A model generated the notes under the pieces. That model did not search any database. It saw only the letters and a list, made by a program, of their open reading frames with translations, and had not been told where the DNA came from. Of a DNA stretch of 20,000 nucleotides, positions 9,071 through 17,850 are shown piece after piece. The first letter of the stretch is position 1, and the number at the start of each line of letters is the position of its first letter. Source of the DNA: an uncultured virus (IMG/VR IMGVR_UViG_2713897279_000003) (Duplodnaviria; Heunggongvirae; Uroviricota; Caudoviricetes); IMG/VR virus record IMGVR_UViG_2713897279_000003; one strand, written 5' to 3'. Both the position numbers and the translations under genes were made by a program.

Positions 9071-11197
9071 TTAGTTTTTTCCACCCATGAATGGTTTTCC
9101 GCCTTCATTAAGAAGCGTAATTGTCCATGTAATACGAATACCTGTATTTACATCTTTTCTTGTGTCACCTACACGTACAAGAGAGAATGCTTTAACTGGA
9201 TACTCACGGAATCCGGCGATTTTATCATCAACACGAGGTCCATCAAATAGTCCCATTTCACGAATTGTAATATTATGCGCTGGCTTGAATTCTGGGAACT
9301 CAGCTACGAATCTTACGGAACCTTTATCTAATTCAAACCAAGGATACTCATTCACTGTCTTTGGTTTTTCAACAATTGCACGAGTATAATTTGTTGGAAC
9401 CCCAGGTCGTTCCGCAGAGCGGTAATTGATTTCAATATAAGAAATCGCTGTACCGTTCGCACTATTTTTGGATAAATTGATGCACTTCTTATCAGCAGCA
9501 TCAAACATGTATTTTCCATCACCAAAGTCTGCAACATCTTCTACTAATTCTAATAAGTTTCCTGATTGATCAATAATACGAACTGTTTCTTTATTGAAAG
9601 CATATTCAGTTTTATATTTATTACATGGAATCTTTACTGTCATTGTCTTACTGTAAGAATAATCTACAATAATTTTTTCATTGTAAGCTGGTGCAACATT
9701 CAAGATAAATGTCCCTTTAGTTAGATCGATACTTTCAAAATCACCTTGAGATAGTGTAGTTCCACCTTTTTTTACAAGCAATGTTCCATCTTGTATTTGC
9801 GTTTGAGATAACTTAAAGTTACGGTTTGAAGAATTAAGAGCACCAGTAGGAACTTCATTTGTAACAGGAAGGATCTTTGTCTCTTCTCTAGATACGTTAT
9901 CATCAATCATAGTAGAAACCATTTCACTATCATAAATTTCACCAGTGATAGAATACGTAACCATTACGCCTGTTAAGGCACGATTAAATTCAACAATACC
10001 TCGCATATGGTCAACTACATATGTTAAATCATTTAATTGATTACGATCTTTTACTTCTGTGAAATCTGTACCTTCATAAGATACCTTAACCGTTCCTTCT
10101 TTTATTGGATGGTTCGGAATTTGTATAGTAAAAGGCCCCATTGGTGTTGTATTATAAGCAGCTGGTGTTACAAACTCAGTTTCAAAGTTAGTAATCTCTT
10201 TAAGTAATCCGTTCATATTTTTTGATAATGCATCAAATCGAACAGCAGCAATGCTCATCTCTGGGTTACTTACACCTGAATCAGCACCAGAATGAACGAT
10301 TTTAATTTCCGTTTCTGATGTATTATCAAATCCATCATATTTAAACTCATGAACAACAGGTTCAGAGAGCTCACTATTTAACGTCTCAATTGTTTCTTTT
10401 AAAACATCATTTACAAAAATGTCGATTTGAGCACCTTTACTAGACTTTTCTACCTCTAAGACAAAGTTACTAATCTTTTGCTTAAATTTAATAGATTCGC
10501 CTTCAAGCGTTGCTTTTGCCTTTTCATTAGAAACTGTAATGCCCTTCGATAAAGTTAATCGATTATCAGTAAATGGAACTTTGTAGTTCTCTCCCTCACC
10601 GATACCAATGAACATATTTGTATATCCTGAATAGATTTCTGCTGATAGTGCAACACGATCTGCAGTTGGCGTTTTTGAAAGAGTAAATGCCTTTTTACCT
10701 AATTCACCAGACACCTCTTCTTTTATATAAAGAGTTACAGGATAGTAACCATATGATATTTCGAAATCTTCATCGTTTACTTCTGCCCATAATAAGTTAG
10801 GCGCATGAAGAAGCTGATTACCATCAAATAAAGGAGCTTTTTTTAATTTTGACTCAGTAATATAAATCTTATTAGTCGTTCCTGTAGATGCCTTAGGAAT
10901 ACGATTTTTATATAATACACGGGTAGGATCCCCTGAAAATGCACGTAACAAAATTTCCTCTGCACCATTTAAAACTAAGTTCTTTTGATCCGCTAACACT
11001 CCAACTACCTTACCAGCTGAATTGATTTCTTCAATTTTTATATGACCTCTTGGTGTTAATTCGAATGAATCACGCAAGCCATCTCCCCCTCGTTGTCTCT
11101 TTTTTGATAAATTACTTTCCAGTTTTCTCTTTAGAGCTTCTTTTTTAGGACCATCTGGAAGTAACCCTAATAACTTCTGAATATTTTTCATACTCAT
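9071..11197 (-). CDS. Fibre/baseplate-like structural protein, paralog A (708 aa)
   Basis: GHIKIE...KNLVLNGAEEIL, FIGIGEG, VRFVAEFP, IREMGLFD and KDVNTGIRITWTITL resemble the tail-fibre anchor/baseplate fold, interrupted by beta modules. ATGA overlap with the upstream gene. Confidence 0.6.
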   Translation of the reverse strand: MSMKNIQKLLGLLPDGPKKEALKRKLESNLSKKRQRGGDGLRDSFELTPRGHIKIEEINSAGKVVGVLADQKNLVLNGAEEILLRAFSGDPTRVLYKNRIPKASTGTTNKIYITESKLKKAPLFDGNQLLHAPNLLWAEVNDEDFEISYGYYPVTLYIKEEVSGELGKKAFTLSKTPTADRVALSAEIYSGYTNMFIGIGEGENYKVPFTDNRLTLSKGITVSNEKAKATLEGESIKFKQKISNFVLEVEKSSKGAQIDIFVNDVLKETIETLNSELSEPVVHEFKYDGFDNTSETEIKIVHSGADSGVSNPEMSIAAVRFDALSKNMNGLLKEITNFETEFVTPAAYNTTPMGPFTIQIPNHPIKEGTVKVSYEGTDFTEVKDRNQLNDLTYVVDHMRGIVEFNRALTGVMVTYSITGEIYDSEMVSTMIDDNVSREETKILPVTNEVPTGALNSSNRNFKLSQTQIQDGTLLVKKGGTTLSQGDFESIDLTKGTFILNVAPAYNEKIIVDYSYSKTMTVKIPCNKYKTEYAFNKETVRIIDQSGNLLELVEDVADFGDGKYMFDAADKKCINLSKNSANGTAISYIEINYRSAERPGVPTNYTRAIVEKPKTVNEYPWFELDKGSVRFVAEFPEFKPAHNITIREMGLFDGPRVDDKIAGFREYPVKAFSLVRVGDTRKDVNTGIRITWTITLLNEGGKPFMGGKN

Positions 11198-13290
11198 GAT
11201 TCGCTCACTTCTCCTTTTAAGGTATTTACGCCCAGTTTAAATACCCCTAAACTCCAGCCATTTTCCATTTCACCTAAAGCATATTGAACAACGTCTGAAC
11301 CATCTATGATAAACACATCTCTTGGATTATGCTGAACTTCAGCATCAAACTTCTCTAAGTACCTATATCTATTAGGATTCCTCAAGTAATGCTTAAATAA
11401 ATTGTAATAAGTATCTTCTTCTGAAAACTGCTTTGCTTCCCTGTAATCAGAATACTTATTGATATCTAAAGCATTTGCAGTATCTTCTAATAACAGTAGA
11501 ACTGGCTCATTGGGATATAAGTCTTGCACTTCATGATTAATAATAGCCATATCTTTAAGAATAATTGGCCATAATTCTATAAGCCTTTTAAAGTAATCTG
11601 ATTGATGTGTAATTTTTTCATTTATGTTTGTTTGGATATGTTGTTTAATTTCGCTTTTAAAAGTTTCGTAGTGTGTCCGAATACTTTCTACTAAGCTTAC
11701 TTTCTGAGATTCTTTTTGAATAAATGGATGACTCGTTGGTTGTATATGTAGCATTTCTTTATAGGCTGATGAAAATGCCTCTTTTAATGAACTAGCAAGT
11801 GTAGATTCAATTTTATAGGAATCAATAGAATGAACAGTTTTACGCTCTTGAACAGTTTTAATATACTTGTTATACTCATGCTCAAAAGATTCACCTACAC
11901 CTAACAGTACAGTTACAATCTCTTCAAAACTATAGTCTACCCACATATTTAATCTATGATCTACACATAACTTAATGATTCTTTCTAAGATTTCCACTTC
12001 GCATAAGTTTTGCAAATCTGTATCATTTCTAATTAGAGATGATACAATGTCATATACGAGTAAGTTGCGAACTTCATAGTCTTTATCATCAATTGTCGTA
12101 AACTCAAGTAGACTACTATGAGAGCTTGATTTATGCAGGTCATCTAGTTCATGATCTAACTCCATTAGTCGAACGTCCATTGCAGTTAACGGAGCGTATA
12201 CTGTACGCAGCGCCATCCTTAAATACCTTGCAACATTTTCATCTTTTTTAGCCACAATATTTTCAAATATAATTGGCTCTGATATTAATTGTACTGCATC
12301 CTGCACTTTAGAGACAAAATGGTCATCCAGCGATAAAGAGCTTACTGCTTTTATTAACTCGCCTTTGATATCCAATTTATACTCACCATTCAGATAAATG
12401 CCCGTTTCTTCCTCGTTCTTCAATATTACTTCAATATCAGTCTTTTCAAATAAATTTTCCATAGAATCTATTAAGAAATACTGAAGAACCATTTCCACAA
12501 AGTCCTTATTTGTATTTTGGTACTGATCAAAAATCTTATAGATTTTCAATAGTTGGGCAAACTCTTCCGGAGAAGACATCAATTCTTCATTAAACTTAGT
12601 TGTTAGGAAATTCGATATCACTGTAAATGATTCGCCTAATTGAGAAACAAATTGCTCCTGAATATGATGCCCTGATTTGCTCCCGATAACGTGAAGGATT
12701 TCTTTCATTGATACTTTCTTTAATTCCCTTGCATCAAGTGTTTTAAATAAGTTAGGATGCATTTCTTTTATGATATTTATAAAGGCGTCATTTGTAATGT
12801 ATTCCATGTATGTTTCAATCTGATTATCATTAGCGGTTAACAATAAATCTATAACATCATGGATCATATTATAAATAATTTCTTTCCCATCTTCGTCTTT
12901 AATATCTGAATAAACCCAATCACTTTTTAGTCCTTTATCCGAAACCCCATGTGCCCTATATTGGTTAAATGAAATGGCATTATCATACTCTGATTGCTTG
13001 TGACTAACCCAATATGACTCATTAACTCCGTTTTTCTCTTTAGATAGCACTGATTTAATTCTATATACATCTTCATTGCTAGATTCTAGTGACATTTGCT
13101 TCTGCACTAATGTATTTACTTTTAATTGACCAATGTGAATCGGTGTTAGACGAAGTGTAATATCAGATTCATCTTCTAAAAAGGTAATATTTTTAAATAA
13201 TCTATCATTTATAGGTTTATGAGCAACAACAGGAAATGGCTTTGCTAAACATGTAATCTCAACGTATTCAGAAAAAAGTGATTCTAACAT
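11194..13290 (-). CDS. Hypothetical protein, probably virion-associated (698 aa)
   Basis: Strong RBS (AGGGGGTGA) and translationally coupled to the 708 aa gene. Acidic. C-terminal WSLGVFKLGVNTL resembles the F-x-LG-x-x-x-L motif seen in some phage tail proteins. Confidence 0.6.
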   Translation of the reverse strand: MLESLFSEYVEITCLAKPFPVVAHKPINDRLFKNITFLEDESDITLRLTPIHIGQLKVNTLVQKQMSLESSNEDVYRIKSVLSKEKNGVNESYWVSHKQSEYDNAISFNQYRAHGVSDKGLKSDWVYSDIKDEDGKEIIYNMIHDVIDLLLTANDNQIETYMEYITNDAFINIIKEMHPNLFKTLDARELKKVSMKEILHVIGSKSGHHIQEQFVSQLGESFTVISNFLTTKFNEELMSSPEEFAQLLKIYKIFDQYQNTNKDFVEMVLQYFLIDSMENLFEKTDIEVILKNEEETGIYLNGEYKLDIKGELIKAVSSLSLDDHFVSKVQDAVQLISEPIIFENIVAKKDENVARYLRMALRTVYAPLTAMDVRLMELDHELDDLHKSSSHSSLLEFTTIDDKDYEVRNLLVYDIVSSLIRNDTDLQNLCEVEILERIIKLCVDHRLNMWVDYSFEEIVTVLLGVGESFEHEYNKYIKTVQERKTVHSIDSYKIESTLASSLKEAFSSAYKEMLHIQPTSHPFIQKESQKVSLVESIRTHYETFKSEIKQHIQTNINEKITHQSDYFKRLIELWPIILKDMAIINHEVQDLYPNEPVLLLLEDTANALDINKYSDYREAKQFSEEDTYYNLFKHYLRNPNRYRYLEKFDAEVQHNPRDVFIIDGSDVVQYALGEMENGWSLGVFKLGVNTLKGEVSES

Positions 13291-13660
13291 ATATTACTCA
13301 CCCCCTTCTTTAATTCTTTTGTTTCCGATACTTTGGTTTATAACCATCTTTCATTACACTCTATATTCTGCCTCTTCTTTAAGAAGCAGAATATAATTTT
13401 CATTTACCTCTTTGAGAAAAGTAAAAGTCCAATTTAACCTTTTTCTTGCCAATAATTAATTATTTCTTAAGATACTTTCCCTTTACTCAAAAACTAAATC
13501 TGGCTCAAACACTCAACAACTGTTTGTACTCCATAAAGTAAGCAATTCTCGCAGAATGAGCTAATATTCCATATGTTTTTAACAAAATAAAAAAATGTTT
13601 TTCATTTGAAACTGAGCCTACTTTTTAATTCAAATATACCTATTTTCTTCGAATTAACTT

Positions 13661-13699
13661 AAAACAATAAGCGGACGAGTATGGTATCGCCCGCCTATT
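13661..13699 (-). terminator. Rho-independent terminator downstream of the 13890..15164 gene
   Basis: Minus strand AATAGGCGGGCGA-TACCATAC-TCGTCCGCTTATT followed by GTTTT. The 13 bp stem closes fully (two G-U pairs) only on the minus strand. Confidence 0.7.
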
Positions 13700-13889
13700 T
13701 AACTTTTAGTATATAAAGAGAAGAATCATACAAGGTTTAGATTTGTATATGGATATTTTTTAGATGCTAGAGTACATATATTTTTTAATATTTTTCATCA
13801 ATAAAAAGACCAATACATTAAAGATATTTAACCTTAATAATTTGATTCAAAACTATTATACATTGTATTGTATTGTATTACACGCTTCT

Positions 13890-15164
13890 TTAAATGCTGT
13901 ATCCTTCCGCCCTTAAATACTCTTCAATCCAAGGTCCTTGAATTTCTTGCACACCTTCTAAATCCTCTAAAATCCTGTAGAACCTCCTGATTTCCTCCTT
14001 GTTTCTTAAAAGGTTTGTTTGTTTCTCATAGAAGTCTGATTCTGATTTATAGAAATTTAGTATATCTGCTATATTTGATTCATAAGTTTTTTTTACATTA
14101 TCAATCGAATTAATCATATAAGTAGCAAATAAATCCATAGATCCACTCATCTGCTCTTCTTGATTGAACAACCAATTTTTTAATGGCTCAGTAGTCTTTA
14201 CTTCTAACTGTTGATGCAAATAATGTTTCTCTGATGCAAATATTTCTTTTTCAACATCTAAAGAAATCATTCTTCCCTTTATACTTAAATGCTGATCTTG
14301 TATATCATTGAAGTTAAGAACTAAATGTGATTTAACTATACTTAAATCACCGAACTCTTTTATACTTAAAATAAAAGCCTTTAAGTTTTTATCAATTAAT
14401 GATTTGGAATCATATACAAGTATCTTTGCCTTTTCTATTACATTGAGAATCATAAAATATCTATTCTTATGAATATAAGATGTATCTGCTAATGTAATAT
14501 GGAACATCTCCTGTTTCCTTTTAATTTGTTCCATTTTAGTTAGAACTTCATAATTTAACTCTCTTATATTAGGAAACAAGTTTTCATCCATTATGGGTTC
14601 TTCATCATCTTCATGGGCTTCTGCTAAAATACTATATCCTTCTAATACTTGTGCTTCTAAAAACTCCCATTCCTCTATTGATTTTAATTCTGCCTTCTCA
14701 ATTTTTTCTAAATCGCTTTCATTGGTAAATTGGACCCTAAATCTACTATCAATAAATTCCCTTTGGGAAGTTATTGATTCTTTTATATTAAATAAGAGGC
14801 TGTATAATTCTAAGTCACCCTTTTGTTTGTAACCACAATATTCTTTTTCTAATAAAGCTGCTTCTTTAACTCGTCTTTGCTTCAAATTCTCTGTTAATTT
14901 ATCAATTAATTGATTATCATTTCTTTCTTTAATATCTTTAAGAATCACATTTACTTCATTAATCAATTCATCATAGTCTAACAAACTCTGAGAAACTGTA
15001 AATTTACGGGATCGTTCTATAATTCCCTTCACTTGGGGCTGTAAGTTTTGTATCGCCATTTCCTTGGTATATCCTATACTAGGTCTATACTCTATTTTCT
15101 CTCTCTCGTAATTTGTATCAATACCTTTGGAACCATATAACTCTTCATAAGCATTTTTCATCAT
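13890..15164 (-). CDS. Hypothetical alpha-helical / coiled-coil protein (424-434 aa)
   Basis: Long E/K/L/I-rich ORF with no catalytic motif recognised. AAGGAG precedes ATG 15164; the ORF track start is 15194. Confidence 0.7.
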   Translation of the reverse strand: MMKNAYEELYGSKGIDTNYEREKIEYRPSIGYTKEMAIQNLQPQVKGIIERSRKFTVSQSLLDYDELINEVNVILKDIKERNDNQLIDKLTENLKQRRVKEAALLEKEYCGYKQKGDLELYSLLFNIKESITSQREFIDSRFRVQFTNESDLEKIEKAELKSIEEWEFLEAQVLEGYSILAEAHEDDEEPIMDENLFPNIRELNYEVLTKMEQIKRKQEMFHITLADTSYIHKNRYFMILNVIEKAKILVYDSKSLIDKNLKAFILSIKEFGDLSIVKSHLVLNFNDIQDQHLSIKGRMISLDVEKEIFASEKHYLHQQLEVKTTEPLKNWLFNQEEQMSGSMDLFATYMINSIDNVKKTYESNIADILNFYKSESDFYEKQTNLLRNKEEIRRFYRILEDLEGVQEIQGPWIEEYLRAEGYSI

Positions 15165-15197
15165 AAATAGATTACAACTCCTTGTTACATACATATA

Positions 15198-15250
15198 GTC
15201 CCTGTAATCATACAGGGACCATTATAAAAAAGCATTGAAAGCTTAGCCAA
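15198..15250 (-). promoter_or_regulatory. Sigma-A-like promoter with a perfect inverted repeat over the predicted start site
   Basis: Minus strand TTGGCT (15250-15245), 18 nt spacer, TATAAT (15226-15221), followed 1 nt later by GTCCCTGTA-TGAT-TACAGGGAC (15219-15198). Confidence 0.55.
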
Positions 15251-15329
15251 ATAAAACAGGATACTGGGTTATTTTATCTTCCACCCAAAAGGGGGCCAAC
15301 GCATTATATCAGGCATTTCAAAATATTTT

Positions 15330-15650
15330 TTACTTAGGTATTTTTACAACCTTCCAATCTTTTGCCAATAATTCTTCTGTCGTTAAAGTGCGATAGGATA
15401 TAACTTTGTTCTCTTGCACTGTAGCAAGATACTTTTCTGGCTTATTTTTTACTAACCGAATTGCGGAACCTAATATTTTCTCTTTTGATTGACGCTGAAT
15501 ATCGCATCCTTCTTCTAACAAACGTAATCCAACACCCATTCCAAATTCGACTTTTTTCTCAAATATTTCTTTAACTGCTAATTCAATAGCACCGGCCTGT
15601 TCAATACTCTTCTGACATTGTTCAAATACATTATTCTTTACTTCGTTCAT
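15330..15650 (-). CDS. Divergent DUF2829 / Tad2-like protein (putative nucleotide-signal sponge, 106 aa)
   Basis: RBS AGGAGGTG. FGMGVGLRLLEEGCDIQR ... AIRLV ... KYLAT ... TTEELLAKDWKVV follows the family pattern as I recall it (F-x-x-AL-x-x-LK-x-G-x-x-V-x-R ... S-x-x-D-x-LA-x-DW-x-x-V). Confidence 0.55.
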   Translation of the reverse strand: MNEVKNNVFEQCQKSIEQAGAIELAVKEIFEKKVEFGMGVGLRLLEEGCDIQRQSKEKILGSAIRLVKNKPEKYLATVQENKVISYRTLTTEELLAKDWKVVKIPK

Positions 15651-15756
15651 AGGTTACACCTCCTAAATTTTTTTCATAAATCCCCTTCACTTTGCAGAAT
15701 TTTTACCTTTAAAATAGATGAACCAACATTTATTCCGCCTTTAATCATATTACTTT

Positions 15757-15790
15757 TATATGTTTTAATTCTTATATACGTCTTAATTCT
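15757..15790. repeat. Imperfect tandem repeat, two copies, 18 bp period
   Basis: TATATGTTTTAATTCT (15757-15772) and TATACGTCTTAATTCT (15775-15790), 14/16 identical. Confidence 0.5.
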
Positions 15791-16328
15791 CACCAAATGC
15801 TTTTTCTCGTATTAATTGATAATTATTATTCTTATTAAGTAATGCCTTTCTTCTGATTGAAACTCATCCAAAATGCAAGTAATATTTAAAATTTCACTAA
15901 AACTGCTACTACAATAAACATAAACTATATTTAGAGTACATATATTCTTATGTATATAGAATTAGCTAAGTGTGAATTTAGCAACTGAGCAATCTATTAA
16001 TTAATTCTATACCATATTAAATTCTATTCATAAATATAATTGTAAAGCATTTCAATCTTATGCCTCATGGTTATATAGCAATAATCCTTACTACATTAGC
16101 GAATATATCCCCAATAAAATCAACGATACAATGAGCTGTAGAAGTGATTTAAATATACTCACACTATTTCACTCTTCTATATCATCCCATTTTCCCATTA
16201 ATACATTTACAATTCCTTTTTTAGTAATGCATTAATTCCTATGTTGACTAATTTATTATTATCTAATCATTGATATGAAAAATCCCTTACTAATCTAATA
16301 TGCATTTTATCCCTTTACTCATATAATT

Positions 16329-16484
16329 TTATTTGAGATTTTTTTCTTTTAGTACTTGATTAATTCTCTCGTTAACTATTGCTGCAGCAACATATCCTAA
16401 TCCTCTTGCATAAGCTAATTCTGCTTGTCTAACAACGTGTTTCCCAATTTTTGTGTCCTTCAGGCTTTTTTTATCTTTATTCAT
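16329..16484 (-). CDS. Small basic hypothetical protein (51 aa), below the ORF-track cutoff
   Basis: RBS AGGAGG overlapping the stop of the upstream gene, ATG 16484, TAA 16329-16331. Sequence MNKDKKSLKDTKIGKHVVRQAELAYARGLGYVAAAIVNERINQVLKEKNLK. Confidence 0.7.
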   Translation of the reverse strand: MNKDKKSLKDTKIGKHVVRQAELAYARGLGYVAAAIVNERINQVLKEKNLK

Positions 16485-16496
16485 CTATGAATCCTC

Positions 16497-17288
16497 CTAT
16501 AGACCGCTTATTTCATTACATACCTTATCTATTAATTGATATGGTACACTACTTTTTAGCTGAGGGGAAGCATTTAATCTTGCCTTAGACAAGGTACTTC
16601 CTACTCTCATTGCATCTAATGCAGCAGGAGATATTAGCATATCAGTCGCAACTTGACCCAACTTAGGTGTCATTTTTCCTTGTAGGCCCTTTTTAAAGCT
16701 ATTTTTCATAAATTTTTTCCCATATGCACTTTGGGCTGTATATTTACGTGCAGCACTAATAGCTGGCTGCATTAAAGCATGTGGTTCTACCATCCCAACC
16801 CCCCCTAATATACCCATGTTTGTGACATGATGTCGAAGCTTTTTCTCTTCTGATTCTGGTATAGATAATTTCATTAAAGCATCCTTTAATTTCCCATCAT
16901 CTTTTCCCTCCGCATAATGTATTAAGGTATTAATATATGGAGTTTTGTCTAATTCTTGCTTCTGAATATCTGTTAAACTTGAAAATTGTTCTTTAACTTG
17001 CTCCCTAAATATCTTTAAAGCTTCTGTCTGTACATGCTCAGGCAGACCTTGTAGTCTATGGCCAACACTCTGTCCCATTTCATACTCAACAAGGCTTTCT
17101 GGACCTATACCATACTCCATAAAATCTTTTACGGTGTGTTGTAACTTCTGGCCTTTACGCCCCATATCAACACCCGCTCCAAACGTTGCTGCTAAAGCCT
17201 TCTGACCAGTTTTTGTACTTTTAACTGCCTTCATCGCTAAATTAGGTGCTATATGAATGGCTGCTGCTGTCCCTAGTAAACTCAACAT
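16497..17288 (-). CDS. Hypothetical Ala/Gly/Lys/Met-rich protein (263 aa)
   Basis: Intact ORF starting 2 nt after the upstream stop. Amphipathic and mildly hydrophobic segments (MLSLLGTAAAIHIAP, MGILGGVGMV). No family recognised. Confidence 0.7.
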   Translation of the reverse strand: MLSLLGTAAAIHIAPNLAMKAVKSTKTGQKALAATFGAGVDMGRKGQKLQHTVKDFMEYGIGPESLVEYEMGQSVGHRLQGLPEHVQTEALKIFREQVKEQFSSLTDIQKQELDKTPYINTLIHYAEGKDDGKLKDALMKLSIPESEEKKLRHHVTNMGILGGVGMVEPHALMQPAISAARKYTAQSAYGKKFMKNSFKKGLQGKMTPKLGQVATDMLISPAALDAMRVGSTLSKARLNASPQLKSSVPYQLIDKVCNEISGL

Positions 17289-17290
17289 AA

Positions 17291-17787
17291 TTATTCACAC
17301 AAAACAGCCGTACTAACACCAAATTTTCCATCCGCTAATACTGATCTTGCTTTTCCTTTCCATCCTCCACCAAAAATTTTTTTATAAATTTTTTCGATAT
17401 AGAACATTATGTCTATAGAATGTACATGTATAGGAATTTGAACATCATGATCTTCTTCTAATAACATGTCTACTTTAGGATTATTAATACTTGTACTATT
17501 CATCATACTAATATAACTACTCTCTAATTTAATAGGACTCTTTCTATGAATCGTATCAATTCTTTTAATTCTATTTTGTCTCCACTTATCGGCAGCACCT
17601 ACGACCATTGATTCGATTATATTTTCATAGACTGTTTCTTTATAAGACTGATTACTCGCTAAATATAGATTTGACAGCTTAGATCTTCCTTTCCATAAAT
17701 TAATCTAGTAAAACAATACCTCTACAACCAATGAAAACTTTTAAAACTATGTATAACATTTTTATTTTTTATCCACTCTTTTTTCAA
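17291..17787 (-). pseudogene. Probably disrupted gene; the 105 aa ORF 17291..17608 is its 3' part
   Basis: ATG 17608 has no RBS. The frame stays open upstream (INLWKGRSKLSNLYLASNQSYKETVYENIIES) until a TAG near 17706. A purine-rich RBS and TTG at 17787 open a different frame (MKKEWIKNKNVIHSFKSFHWL-stop). Confidence 0.4.
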
Positions 17788-17850
17788 AGCCTCCTACCCT
17801 ATTTTTCTACATAATTAATTATTATCTTGGCACAATTCTTTACTAATTTT

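Noticed and set aside
13863..13879. TTGTA x3 microrepeat just after the stop of the 424-434 aa gene
   Set aside because: Too short and low in complexity to assign a function.
13890..15194. 424-434 aa protein as portal or terminase
   Set aside because: No Walker A/B or nuclease motifs and no portal-like pattern recognised; it looks like a generic coiled-coil protein.
15618..15815. Hydrophobic 65 aa plus-strand ORF as a holin or type I toxin
   Set aside because: It overlaps the start of the Tad2-like gene, has no RBS, and its hydrophobicity is expected from T-rich antisense sequence.
13478..16321. Identical 12-mer TCCCTTTACTCA at 13478-13489 and 16310-16321 as a shared late-promoter motif
   Set aside because: Only two copies, partly RBS-like on the minus strand, and plausible by chance. 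Worth revisiting only if more copies occur on the replicon.
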